Assembly (NCBI GenBank): GCA_947053455.1
Contig: CAMRSV010000001.1
Coordinates: forward strand, 32,001-96,000
DNA length: 64,000 bases
Reading direction: 5' to 3'
DNA from: an uncultured Alphaproteobacteria bacterium
GTDB lineage: Bacteria > Pseudomonadota > Alphaproteobacteria > Rs-D84
Part shown: positions 19,679-29,575 of the stretch, piece after piece
Numbering within the stretch: the first letter of the stretch is position 1
Layout: each line of letters begins with the position of its first letter
Translations under genes and position numbers: made by a program
The notes under the pieces: generated by a model
Told to the model about the DNA's origin: nothing
Databases searched by the model: none
Seen by the model: only the letters and a program-made list of their open reading frames with translations

Positions 19679-20185
19679 ATGCAAATAAACCAGTCCACGG
19701 CAGAAAAAAGAATGCGAGAGCTTGGTATGGACGACATGCCGTTGATGCAGTTATCCGTAAAGCCGGCTCGCGTTGAGGAAAACTGGTTTGCAAAATATCG
19801 GGAAACTGTTCGGAAATTTATGATGTCACTTACCGATTCGGTTGAAAGTCTGGCATTTATGAACTTGTCCCAGGATGAATTTATGTCCCTGATTATGGGA
19901 CGGGCGGTACCAGAAAATTTGTCTGTGCGTATGCGTGTGCCATTATTTTTGGGCGGCCCCATTGAAATAGACAACATGTTTTTGTGCCGTACGTTCCCAC
20001 ATTCGCATAATCTAGACAGATTTATAATTGAACAAAACGGAGCCGCAACACTATGGTTGCCGAACCCATCAAAAAAAATATATCTGCCGGCGCACACCAC
20101 AGGCGGTGGCGATGGCGGTAACGCAACCGAAGACCGCCTAGCGCAAATTGCAGCACAAATCGCCGCAGGCCGCGGTATGGAATAA
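19679..20185 (+). CDS. Degenerate HNH-toxin-like protein
   Basis: GRAVPENLSVRMRVPLFLGGPIEIDNMFL..PH resembles HNH toxin G.VP.GYQVHHKLPLDDGGTN.F.NL..PYH but lacks the HH. Confidence 0.6.
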   Translation: MQINQSTAEKRMRELGMDDMPLMQLSVKPARVEENWFAKYRETVRKFMMSLTDSVESLAFMNLSQDEFMSLIMGRAVPENLSVRMRVPLFLGGPIEIDNMFLCRTFPHSHNLDRFIIEQNGAATLWLPNPSKKIYLPAHTTGGGDGGNATEDRLAQIAAQIAAGRGME

Positions 20186-20194
20186 GGAATCAAA

Positions 20195-20629
20195 ATGACC
20201 AATGACGAATTCTTGTCATCTATAAAGTCACGTGGGGCATCGTTCGCACCTGGGGCGACACAACGCGATATAATATTGGCAACAAACGCGCTAATGGCAA
20301 TGCAGGCCGCCAGACTGCCGCAATATATGTCAGAAATATATACAAATGCCGGCGGAATAAATCTTGGGTCAGGATATATTTTCGGCCCAACCGAATGGAA
20401 AACTAACCGTAAAGTGCCCGTACCGTCAATCGTAAACATAAATAATGAAATCGCAAAAATTCAGTCGATGCATGGAAAAACCGTATTTGGTCGTAATGAT
20501 TTATTCTGGTTTGTATTTGACACGTTCGGCACGTGCTATATGCTGGATAACGTGGCATTGCGCGAATTACGCAAATACGACAATCCATACAAGGCTATGA
20601 CCGATTGCCTGGTTGCGGGGAAATTTTAA
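20195..20629 (+). CDS. SMI1/KNR4 (SUKH) family immunity-like protein
   Basis: PGATQRDI...LPQYMSEIYTNAGGI...IFG pattern typical of the SUKH fold. Confidence 0.65.
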   Translation: MTNDEFLSSIKSRGASFAPGATQRDIILATNALMAMQAARLPQYMSEIYTNAGGINLGSGYIFGPTEWKTNRKVPVPSIVNINNEIAKIQSMHGKTVFGRNDLFWFVFDTFGTCYMLDNVALRELRKYDNPYKAMTDCLVAGKF

Positions 20630-20631
20630 AG

Positions 20632-20832
20632 ATGAAAAAAATATCGGTTTCATTGTCCGGGCATCAAACCAGCATTTCGCTGGAACCCGAATTCATAGAT
20701 ACATTGCATGAAATTGCAGGCGCCCAAAATCGACCAGTTGGCGCAATAATAAATGAAATTGATAAAACACGTGGGCGAACAAACCTGTCGTCCGCTGTGC
20801 GTGTATGGATTTTGAAAAACAAACATTCCTGA
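20632..20832 (+). CDS. Ribbon-helix-helix (RHH_4) protein
   Basis: SVSLSGHQTSISLEPEF...EID...NLSSAVRVWIL. Confidence 0.88.
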   Translation: MKKISVSLSGHQTSISLEPEFIDTLHEIAGAQNRPVGAIINEIDKTRGRTNLSSAVRVWILKNKHS

Positions 20833-20873
20833 CAATAATCTATTTTAACACCAGCTAATGTGACATCTATTTT

Positions 20874-22844
20874 TTAATCAGATTTTGCGCGTGCCCCACA
20901 AATCGCACCAATACAGGAAACAATCAAAATAATTATCATCCATGCATTTCTCCCAACCACCCGATATGGGGTCAAATGCGCCGTGCCGACATTTCCGTCA
21001 AGCACCCCTGGGGAACCGACCGGCAAATATGACACCACCCGACCCGCCGCATCAACAAATGCACTTATTCCAGAATAATTCGCCCGAACAATCGGCGTGC
21101 CCGATTCAATCGCATAACGACGAACCATATCCAAATGCTGATAAACGCCGGGCGTGTTGCCGAACCATGTATCATTTGTTATGTTTACAATCGCATCGGG
21201 CATCGCACCACGTGGTATCAGGGAATCAGAAAAAATGATTTCATAACAAATTGCGGGCGCAAATGTAAATTCGCCACCATTGGTCTTGATAGAAATTATT
21301 TCTGGGCCTTTGCCGCGGTTTAAATCCGCGGGCGACGGCATGATTCCGCCCAATGGTGAATATTCGCCGAACGGCACCAGGTGCGATTTGTTGTATATTT
21401 TTTGAACCATGCCATCCGCATCAGCCACAATCATTGAATTATAAAGTTTCGAATCCAAAAATGCAGTCGCCCCCAATACGACGGGACGTTTCAAGGCACG
21501 CGACATCGGCATGTCATTATCAACTACGACAAATGGGTATGTCGTTTCTGGAAAAATTATAATATCCGGATTCCCACCCGCGGCGGCCAAATCAATTAAT
21601 TTCACAACGCCCCGCTCTGCACTGGCGATGCGTTCGGCACGAGATGCGCCATACGATATCTTCTCGGACTGGGCGCGTGCCGGTTGAACAATACGAATTG
21701 TTACTGATGATGGAACATTATCAAAGTTTGACTTTCGAATATTTTCATATCCAAAAATGGCGCCACCAATCAATGCAGCAACAAAAAAAATCGCGGAAAT
21801 CATGCACATACGACATTTTCTATTACCTATAAAATCAACCGCCGCCGCAATCAGACCGACAATTATAAACGTAAGTCCCAATGCACCCCACAACGACATT
21901 GAATTTGCAATCACAGGATATGGCATTGCAATGTTTGCGACCGGATTCCATGGGAACCCTGTTAGCACCCATTCGCGCATCCACAACACCAATGTCCAAG
22001 AACCTGCGAAAACAAATGCCCGAGATGCAACCGACGCAAAATGCGCAGCCATAACAAATGGAATTGCAAACACAACCGCCCCGGCCAACCCCATGGCCAG
22101 CAACGCCGGAACGGTCCAGACTGCAAATTCTGCGGTCAATTCTGGAACAACATAAATTGAATTTAATGCCCACCAAAACATTGCAATGGCATATCCTGCG
22201 CCAAAAGGTGCCACCCGTAAAAACGAGAGCCATATTGTTTTGCGTGTTTTCCGCATCAATATCCAATACGCGAATCCAATCCCAACAATCGTTGCAGGCC
22301 ATATATAAAATGGTGCAAAACCAAGTGCGGAAACAACGCCGCAAAAAAACGGCGCAATTATATTTAACAGCCACTTTGCACGCCGCGACACCTTGCCGGA
22401 CGCAGTAACAGTAACGTCATCCATATATGGATTTTTTAACCCTAATTTTTCCATTATTTTTATTTCGAATGATTCCATAATTTCTGCATCATCATCTTTG
22501 ATATGATCATACCCCTGCAGGTGCAGCATCCCATGAACCACCATGTGTGCAGTATGTTCGGCAACGGAAATTTTTGCGGCCGCCGCCTCGCGACGAACAG
22601 TATCAATAGATATATATATATCACCCATCAACACTGGGTCACCCAGTTCAAAAGACAAAACATTAGTCGGCCGGTCAATTCCGCGATAACTTTGATTCAA
22701 TTCATGAATTTCTTTGTCATTTGTCAGAATAATCGAAACTTCAGAATCTTTGTATGCAGCGCCCACCGCCATGCAGGCGATTTTTTCAAAATCTATTTTA
22801 TACTTTTTCCAACGATTATCGTTATAATTAACCCAAACCTTCAT
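20874..22844 (-). CDS. lnt: YbeY endoribonuclease fused to apolipoprotein N-acyltransferase Lnt
   Basis: N-terminal YbeY (LN..YRGIDRPTNVLSF, HGMLHLQGYDH) in frame with Lnt (TGFPWN, FPET, YNKSHLVPFGEY, ICYE, NDTWFG). Confidence 0.93.
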   Translation of the reverse strand: MKVWVNYNDNRWKKYKIDFEKIACMAVGAAYKDSEVSIILTNDKEIHELNQSYRGIDRPTNVLSFELGDPVLMGDIYISIDTVRREAAAAKISVAEHTAHMVVHGMLHLQGYDHIKDDDAEIMESFEIKIMEKLGLKNPYMDDVTVTASGKVSRRAKWLLNIIAPFFCGVVSALGFAPFYIWPATIVGIGFAYWILMRKTRKTIWLSFLRVAPFGAGYAIAMFWWALNSIYVVPELTAEFAVWTVPALLAMGLAGAVVFAIPFVMAAHFASVASRAFVFAGSWTLVLWMREWVLTGFPWNPVANIAMPYPVIANSMSLWGALGLTFIIVGLIAAAVDFIGNRKCRMCMISAIFFVAALIGGAIFGYENIRKSNFDNVPSSVTIRIVQPARAQSEKISYGASRAERIASAERGVVKLIDLAAAGGNPDIIIFPETTYPFVVVDNDMPMSRALKRPVVLGATAFLDSKLYNSMIVADADGMVQKIYNKSHLVPFGEYSPLGGIMPSPADLNRGKGPEIISIKTNGGEFTFAPAICYEIIFSDSLIPRGAMPDAIVNITNDTWFGNTPGVYQHLDMVRRYAIESGTPIVRANYSGISAFVDAAGRVVSYLPVGSPGVLDGNVGTAHLTPYRVVGRNAWMIIILIVSCIGAICGARAKSD

Positions 22845-22860
22845 TATTTGCCCCCAACGA

Positions 22861-24630
22861 TTATGCGGTGTAATCACCGTGCATAAAATTCACAACAGCC
22901 GCATTTTTAATTGTGTCGTCATTATGCAGTTTTTTCAATCCGGAATTAAACCCCAGCCGCTTGCCACGTGTTGTCATTTCTTTTGCGGCCTTGATGTACA
23001 TTTGCAATTTTTCAATGTCGTTAACATCACCATTTTCGTAATTATAAACTGCGTTTTCAAAATTTTTAGCAGCCTTGCGATAATTCTCGCGTGCTTTGTC
23101 CGGCATTTTACGCGACATATATATGTCACCCATCGCACGACGCGCACATCCGGCGGTATAGTAAGATTCTGCCTTGACATCACGGTCCATCAACAGGCTT
23201 TTGTTCGCGTTCATTCGACTATTACATTTTACAACAACATTTACCGCGTTTTGAAAACATTCAATATCATTGTTTTGTTCGCCCAATTTATTATACGCAT
23301 CGGCAAGTTCACTATATGCCCCCATATTATCCGCATCTATATTAATCGCCTGTTGAAACAGCTCTATTGCCCCTTTGAAATCCATTGATACAATCTTGGC
23401 GTTTCCCTGATTAAGAAGTGACATGGATTCTTCAATATTTTTTGCGAGCAAGTTATCTTTTATCGCTGTATGTGCAACAATTCCGCGATTTTTTACCACA
23501 TCAAGTATTTTTAGTCCGGCATCAAACCCGGATAAAAATTTTTCAACAGTACCGTTAACGCTGGGGCGCGTCATCACATATTTTACGGTTTGCTCCCCCA
23601 AAAGGAAATGCCCGTTTCTATAAATATTATTTATATCAACACTGGAAAACGCATCACGACGCATTTTCAACAAATCATTCGCCGTTATAATGCCGGCGGC
23701 ATACGCCGCACATACCCAACGACGCTTTAACGTACCGTCGCGCCACCTAGATGGAATTTTACCCGCAGTAAACGCATCTGCAACTTCCTGAACTGTTTTA
23801 GCACTATCTAAACGCGCGGCAATGTGCACCATATCGGATGGTCGCTGATACCCGGCCAGCAACATCGCAATCGCATGCCGGTCCGTAATATTTTTACGAT
23901 TCTTTACCGCCCTCACCAATGCAGGCATTGTGTCAAATTCAAGATGACGGCGCACCTGCTCATAATTTTCATCCTTGTCACGAACGATTGTATCGTTATC
24001 ACTCGGCGTTTGCTGCAATTTGCCGTTATTGTCATAAGAATATATCCACGTTGTCCCCAGCCCATAAGTATACCTAGATTCGCCGGCATATTTACGCGGT
24101 GTCGCACGATATGTTTCTAACTCGGTCAGTCCGACCGCAATATCAACCCAATAGGCATCTAACGACAAAACTGCACTATCAATAATTTCTTTGTCGGTGT
24201 CAGTATCATTAACAATTTCAATTTTTGCGATATTTGAATCATCACGGGCATCATCCATTAATCTGTTAGCCCCAATAACAATTCCAGACAACATCATGTA
24301 GTACGTAAGGTAAGACAATATCCACGGATTCTTTTGCATAAAATCAGAAAATTTGTCATCTGCGCGCTGTGCCTTGATTTCCGGCGTAAAGAGAGATTTA
24401 TACCCATGTTCCATTGCGCGCAGCAATACATTGTTAACAATTGCAATATCAAACGTTTTTACCATATATGAAAACAGAGACAGCAGAAAGTATCCACCAA
24501 CCTTTGCGGTTTGCCCCAGTTTTGATTCTGGATATGTCTGAAGCAATTGTCGACGGATGTTATCAATTTTTCCCGCCGCCCAATCCGGACCACGCCCGAT
24601 TTTTTCTGCAACTGTTTTTTTATTTGCCAT
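22861..24630 (-). CDS. Membrane-anchored protein with GH24 lysozyme-like domain and C-terminal TPRs
   Basis: TM; LETYRATP...YTYGLGTT and GTLKRRW resemble phage lysozyme motifs; TPR (GAIELFQQAINIDADNMGAYSELADAY). Confidence 0.6.
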   Translation of the reverse strand: MANKKTVAEKIGRGPDWAAGKIDNIRRQLLQTYPESKLGQTAKVGGYFLLSLFSYMVKTFDIAIVNNVLLRAMEHGYKSLFTPEIKAQRADDKFSDFMQKNPWILSYLTYYMMLSGIVIGANRLMDDARDDSNIAKIEIVNDTDTDKEIIDSAVLSLDAYWVDIAVGLTELETYRATPRKYAGESRYTYGLGTTWIYSYDNNGKLQQTPSDNDTIVRDKDENYEQVRRHLEFDTMPALVRAVKNRKNITDRHAIAMLLAGYQRPSDMVHIAARLDSAKTVQEVADAFTAGKIPSRWRDGTLKRRWVCAAYAAGIITANDLLKMRRDAFSSVDINNIYRNGHFLLGEQTVKYVMTRPSVNGTVEKFLSGFDAGLKILDVVKNRGIVAHTAIKDNLLAKNIEESMSLLNQGNAKIVSMDFKGAIELFQQAINIDADNMGAYSELADAYNKLGEQNNDIECFQNAVNVVVKCNSRMNANKSLLMDRDVKAESYYTAGCARRAMGDIYMSRKMPDKARENYRKAAKNFENAVYNYENGDVNDIEKLQMYIKAAKEMTTRGKRLGFNSGLKKLHNDDTIKNAAVVNFMHGDYTA

Positions 24631-25006
24631 GTTTTACATCCCTGCCGTTTTTGCCCAAGCCGGCCTTTTTTGCAATTGTCGAACGCCGGGCGGCATATGC
24701 AGGTGCGACAAATGGATAATTATCCGGCAGCCCCCATTTTGCACGATACTGATCCGGCGACATACCAAATTTTCGCCGAATATAGCGCCGCAACATTATA
24801 TGCCACGTGCCATCTTCTAAACATTGAATCTTATCAGAACGCACACTGTCTGCAATCTGTTTTGGCGTGGCACTAGCGCCACGCAAACTATCGCGGGCGG
24901 CGCGAACCGCTTCGTCCATAGATAGGGATGGGTTTGCCGCAATTGCCGCCGCCGCCAGATTCGCCACAGCCAGCGCAAATTCAGAATTTTTATCAGTATT
25001 TACCAA
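24620..25006 (-). CDS. mucR: MucR/Ros family transcriptional regulator
   Basis: IQCLEDG...MLRRY...GMSPDQYRAKWGLPDNYPFVAPAYAARRSTIAKKAGLG; TTG start after AGGTG inferred. Confidence 0.9.
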   Translation of the reverse strand: MVNTDKNSEFALAVANLAAAAIAANPSLSMDEAVRAARDSLRGASATPKQIADSVRSDKIQCLEDGTWHIMLRRYIRRKFGMSPDQYRAKWGLPDNYPFVAPAYAARRSTIAKKAGLGKNGRDVKHGK

Positions 25007-25081
25007 TTGCCAACACCTTATTTTTTTAATAGAATTATTATACCATAAATAAAAAGCAAATAAAACAAAGTAAAACAGATT

Positions 25082-26362
25082 ATGAAAACCGATAACAGAC
25101 CACTTGCCGACCAAATGCGCCCAAACACAATTGACGATATTGTGGGTCAACGTCAATTGCTTGGGGAAAACGGCCTGGTACGAAGAATGGTTGAAAATGG
25201 TAAATTATCAAACCTGATTTTATGGGGGCCGCCGGGATGCGGCAAGACAACAATCGCACGCGCATTGGCAAATTCAGTTGATATGGATTTTGTACCGATG
25301 TCGGCAGTTTTTGCCGGAACGGCAGACATAAAAAAAACGATGGAGGCCGCAAAACTGCGGCGCGACATCGGACGCAATACGTTGTTGTTCATAGACGAAA
25401 TACATAGATTTAACAAAACACAGCAGGACACCCTTCTCCCCTATCTAGAGGATGGAACCGTAGTCTTTATGGGTGCGACAACCGAAAATCCCAGTTTTAA
25501 TTTGAATAACGCGCTGCTTTCGCGCTGTCATGTTGGCGTATTACAACCACTAGATACAGAAGATTTGGCCACCCTAATGACACGTGCCGAAGATTTTATG
25601 AAACAAAAACTTCCACTGGACGCACCGGCAAGAATTCATATTGCCGAAATGGCCGATGGGGATGCAAGGTTCTTGCTAAACACAGTGGAATATTTAATCA
25701 ATGCAAACTTTAAACGCACACTGTCGCCAGATGAACTGGACAAAGCCGTGCAAAAGCGCGCGCCGATGTCCGACAAATCCGGTGACGAACACTATAACTT
25801 GATTTCCGCCGTACACAAATCACTGCGCGCATCGGATACAGACGCGGCATTATATTGGACGGGTCGCATGATGACATCCGGCCAAGACCCAATGTATTTA
25901 TTTCGGCGACTTACACGATTTGCAATGGAAGATGTTGGCCTGGCCGATCCGAACGCATTGCAAATTGCGATAAGCGCATGGCAGGCATATGAACGCATGG
26001 GTAGTCCAGAGGGCGATTTGGCCCTGACACAACTTGTAATATATCTGGGAACTGCCCCAAAAAGTACCGCAAATTACCGTGCACAAAAGGCAGCCTATGC
26101 CGCCGCCCGCGAGAATGGCAGTTTAATGCCGCCCAAAAATATTTTGAACGCACCAACAAAAATGATGAAGGAACTTGGCTACGGCTCTGGGTATGTTTAT
26201 GAACCTGATACGGCGTCGGGTTTTTCAGGTCAAAACTGTTTTCCAGAATCCATGAAGCGACAAAAATTTTATGTTCCGATTGAACGCGGATTTGAACGCG
26301 AAATAAAAAAGCGTGTTGAATACTGGGACGGGCTGCGTGAAAAACTAAATTCAAAAAAATAA
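25082..26362 (+). CDS. rarA: Replication-associated recombination protein A
   Basis: PLADQMRP, WGPPGCGKTT, FIDEIHRF, GATTENPSF, HKSLRASD, EDVGLADP. Confidence 0.96.
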   Translation: MKTDNRPLADQMRPNTIDDIVGQRQLLGENGLVRRMVENGKLSNLILWGPPGCGKTTIARALANSVDMDFVPMSAVFAGTADIKKTMEAAKLRRDIGRNTLLFIDEIHRFNKTQQDTLLPYLEDGTVVFMGATTENPSFNLNNALLSRCHVGVLQPLDTEDLATLMTRAEDFMKQKLPLDAPARIHIAEMADGDARFLLNTVEYLINANFKRTLSPDELDKAVQKRAPMSDKSGDEHYNLISAVHKSLRASDTDAALYWTGRMMTSGQDPMYLFRRLTRFAMEDVGLADPNALQIAISAWQAYERMGSPEGDLALTQLVIYLGTAPKSTANYRAQKAAYAAARENGSLMPPKNILNAPTKMMKELGYGSGYVYEPDTASGFSGQNCFPESMKRQKFYVPIERGFEREIKKRVEYWDGLREKLNSKK

Positions 26363-26366
26363 TAAC

Positions 26367-27335
26367 TTACAAAGTGCGCGCAAGTGCCACAGACAATTCA
26401 TTTAACATGTTCTTTACATTTGAAAAATTGTCGGTATTGGAACATGTGCACCCAACATTTGCGCGATTAATTAATCCGGTCAATGTACGCCCAGGCCCAA
26501 GTTCATATGCACGCGTAATATTATAACTTGGAAATTTTTCCATTATCTCTGCCCAACGAACACCGTGCGTCATTTGGTCCGCCAATGCATCTTTGATATC
26601 CATTGGATTTGACATCACATTTCCGGTTTGATTTGAAAACCAGTTTGTTTTCGGCGGAATAATTTCTATTTCTTCCAAATGTTTTCTTAATAATTTTTCC
26701 GCGCCACTCATCAATGCGCAATGTGCCGGCACAGAAATATTCAGGCGTTTCGCCACACGCGCCCCGTTGTGACGCGCCGCCGCCAACACCGCATCAAGCG
26801 CTTCATTTTGACCGCTTATTATAAATTGGTCACGAGCATTGTGATTTGCGATTTCAACGTAACCGTGCCCGACAGAGGCAAGCAATACTTTCTCTAGCCT
26901 CCCCTGGTCCAATCCAACAATTGCGCCCATTCCACCGCCATCCTTGTTTGTCATTGACATATATGTTGAACGCGCAGCCAATACATTAATTGCATCTTTT
27001 ATTTTCATACTATCTATGCAGTACAGCGCAGAGTACTGACCCATTGAATGTCCTGACATGGCATATGCAATTTTATACAACGGCATTGCAAATTCCGTTT
27101 CTATTATTCTGGCAATCGCAATAGAATGTGCAAACGTCGCCAATGACGTGTTTGCCGCCGTTGATAATTTATGTGCAGGTCCGTTAAAGCACATTTCGGC
27201 AATATTACAACCGGTGATTGATTCAATTTCATCAAATGTATAACGAACAACAGCAAATTCCTTAAAAATATCTTTTGCCATTCCAATATACTGGGCACCC
27301 TGTCCGGGAAAAACAAATATTATTTTTTCTTTCAT
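26367..27335 (-). CDS. fabD: Malonyl-CoA:ACP transacylase
   Basis: FPGQGAQ, GHSMG nucleophile, VPAHC, ELGPG. Confidence 0.9.
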   Translation of the reverse strand: MKEKIIFVFPGQGAQYIGMAKDIFKEFAVVRYTFDEIESITGCNIAEMCFNGPAHKLSTAANTSLATFAHSIAIARIIETEFAMPLYKIAYAMSGHSMGQYSALYCIDSMKIKDAINVLAARSTYMSMTNKDGGGMGAIVGLDQGRLEKVLLASVGHGYVEIANHNARDQFIISGQNEALDAVLAAARHNGARVAKRLNISVPAHCALMSGAEKLLRKHLEEIEIIPPKTNWFSNQTGNVMSNPMDIKDALADQMTHGVRWAEIMEKFPSYNITRAYELGPGRTLTGLINRANVGCTCSNTDNFSNVKNMLNELSVALARTL

Positions 27336-27419
27336 AACACCAGTTATGGCACAAATGCAATATTTTGTCAATAAATATTATATAAAATTATCCCGCATAT
27401 AATGGGTGCGGGATTTTCA

Positions 27420-28139
27420 TTAAAACAAAATATTGACCTTAACACCCGCCTGCACATCATCACTTTCAAATTCATAATCTATGTGCCCAATGTACTGTGT
27501 GCGGCCATATTGGCGAACGACCTTCCCGCCCAACCATTCTTGGTCATAGTCTGGATTGGTCGCCTTGCGCCATGTAAAGTTCGCGCCCAATCTCCAATCG
27601 GGGGCAATGCGGAAATATGCCTCTGGCATAAAATCTATGTATGCCATACCGCGCTTATCATCAAATATCCAGTTTGACTTTATAGTAGCAGCCAAAGTCA
27701 TACCCGTCCATTGACGGCCAAAACGCAGACCCGCATAATATGTTGAATTGGCAAAATACGGTGTGCGCACATGCGAAGAACCACCGATTTTCACACCAAT
27801 CATAACATCCGATATTATACGTTCCGAATTATCCACCGCGGTCGCCATACGATACGTCGCCCCTAAATCAACAGCGGAAAATCCATTTTCGTCATCTTTA
27901 AAATCTTCTTGGTAATGAATATTGGCACCGATACTTAATCTATCGTTTAGGCCATATGACAAAACTTGGCCAAAGCGTAATATATGATTCCAATAAACCA
28001 GACTGGTTTGTGACAATATCGCGTTATCTTGCAGAATATACAGCGGATCGGCCGTATCACGCGCCAACAAATCGTCAGCCCGCGCTGCGCCGCACATGCA
28101 CATTGCTAATATTAAAACCGATAAAAATTTATACTTCAT
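27420..28139 (-). CDS. Outer-membrane beta-barrel protein
   Basis: Signal peptide, amphipathic strands, C-terminal Phe (VNILF). Confidence 0.75.
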   Translation of the reverse strand: MKYKFLSVLILAMCMCGAARADDLLARDTADPLYILQDNAILSQTSLVYWNHILRFGQVLSYGLNDRLSIGANIHYQEDFKDDENGFSAVDLGATYRMATAVDNSERIISDVMIGVKIGGSSHVRTPYFANSTYYAGLRFGRQWTGMTLAATIKSNWIFDDKRGMAYIDFMPEAYFRIAPDWRLGANFTWRKATNPDYDQEWLGGKVVRQYGRTQYIGHIDYEFESDDVQAGVKVNILF

Positions 28140-28219
28140 AATAACACACCCCGTTTGTTATATAAATACTGCACACACATGCGCGCCGATGCGGCGCGCA
28201 TGTGCCGACACAATTGCGG

Positions 28220-29476
28220 TTAGAAATAAAATATAGCCTGCAAACCAACCGACGTTTCCGCATAATCCTTTAATTTTACAGAACCGATATCGGTCAGGCT
28301 GTTAAATCCGACGGCCGGTTCCATGAAATATAACGATAGATGCTTGTCATTTGCGCTGTCGTAAAACGCCGTTTTCGCATACAAGTTCAATGCAAACCAA
28401 TCGTTCGGCTGCCATCCGATTGCACCACGAACTGATGCCTGGTTGTGCCAATCATAGTATCCGAACACACCTTCCAGATTAAGCGTCCAGTCTTCATCTA
28501 AAACCGTAAATACACCGGCACCACCTTCTGCATAAAATATATTGTCATCTATATTTGTCTGGTACGCGATATAAGTCATAGCATAGTTGTTTTTATCTTT
28601 GTTTTCGACGGTGTTTCCATATGTATTGCCATCAAAATTCACATACCAACCACGCGCCAGACCATATATGGTTGACGAACCAACTTTATAACCGCCCTTT
28701 AATTCCAGAATGAAATTATTCGCGATATCCTTTTGGTGCTGGAAATATCCAGAAACATTGGCAATCCATTTATCATTGTCGACAAAACGCCAACGCGCCC
28801 CTATTCCGTACAAGTTCAAATCGTTATTGTCATCCTTGTCGTTGGGAATTAATGGATCGTCCCACTTGAATTTGTATTCCGAAAAATCATAGCGTAACAT
28901 CGCCATAAGTGCGATTGTATCCGTTATACCATAACTAAAATCTTCCTGAATAGAAAACTGATCCATGTTCCATTTTGCATTAAGTCCGTCAAGCAGCAAC
29001 TTATTGCTAACCGCGTCCGGCACGGTCTGGTGTATATTAAATTTGTAAGAATTTGTTAAATATGAAAAATCCGTAACAGAGCCAAACTTTCCTTGCAACG
29101 GTTGAAAGAACGGATGCGCCAGATAATATTTGCGTTTCATTTCACGCCGAACCGTTTCCGCGCGGGACGTGCGAACCGTCGTTTGTGTAGTGGTCATTGT
29201 TGATGATGTACGTGTGGCATCATAATCCTTGTACAATGCACTGCGATTGCGTGGCGCGGTATAATATATGTTTTTACCATCACCGGCGTTATAGGTGCGA
29301 TTCATTGTACGCGTTTCATATTTTTGATAATTTACGTTTTCACGCGTGCGTGTTGCCGGCATTCCGGTAAGATCCGCACTGGACGCAGCGCGAGTTCCAC
29401 CATTAGGCGCCGCCAAAACAGGCGACATACCAAACAACGCCACCGCCCAAACAAACAAAGACATCTGTTTTTTCAT
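28220..29476 (-). CDS. Outer-membrane beta-barrel protein with Thr/Arg-rich N-terminal extension
   Basis: Signal peptide, aromatic-rich strands, C-terminal AIFYF. Confidence 0.75.
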   Translation of the reverse strand: MKKQMSLFVWAVALFGMSPVLAAPNGGTRAASSADLTGMPATRTRENVNYQKYETRTMNRTYNAGDGKNIYYTAPRNRSALYKDYDATRTSSTMTTTQTTVRTSRAETVRREMKRKYYLAHPFFQPLQGKFGSVTDFSYLTNSYKFNIHQTVPDAVSNKLLLDGLNAKWNMDQFSIQEDFSYGITDTIALMAMLRYDFSEYKFKWDDPLIPNDKDDNNDLNLYGIGARWRFVDNDKWIANVSGYFQHQKDIANNFILELKGGYKVGSSTIYGLARGWYVNFDGNTYGNTVENKDKNNYAMTYIAYQTNIDDNIFYAEGGAGVFTVLDEDWTLNLEGVFGYYDWHNQASVRGAIGWQPNDWFALNLYAKTAFYDSANDKHLSLYFMEPAVGFNSLTDIGSVKLKDYAETSVGLQAIFYF

Positions 29477-29546
29477 GATATAAATTCTCCTTGAATATAA
29501 ATATTATATCACAAATCGGAATTACAAAAAAGCATTAAAATATAAG

Positions 29547-29575
29547 AAAAAAGGCCGGCATTTGCCGGTCTTTTT
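29547..29575 (-). terminator. Terminator after ftsK
   Basis: AAAAAAGGCCGGCA-TT-TGCCGGTCTTTTT. Confidence 0.75.
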
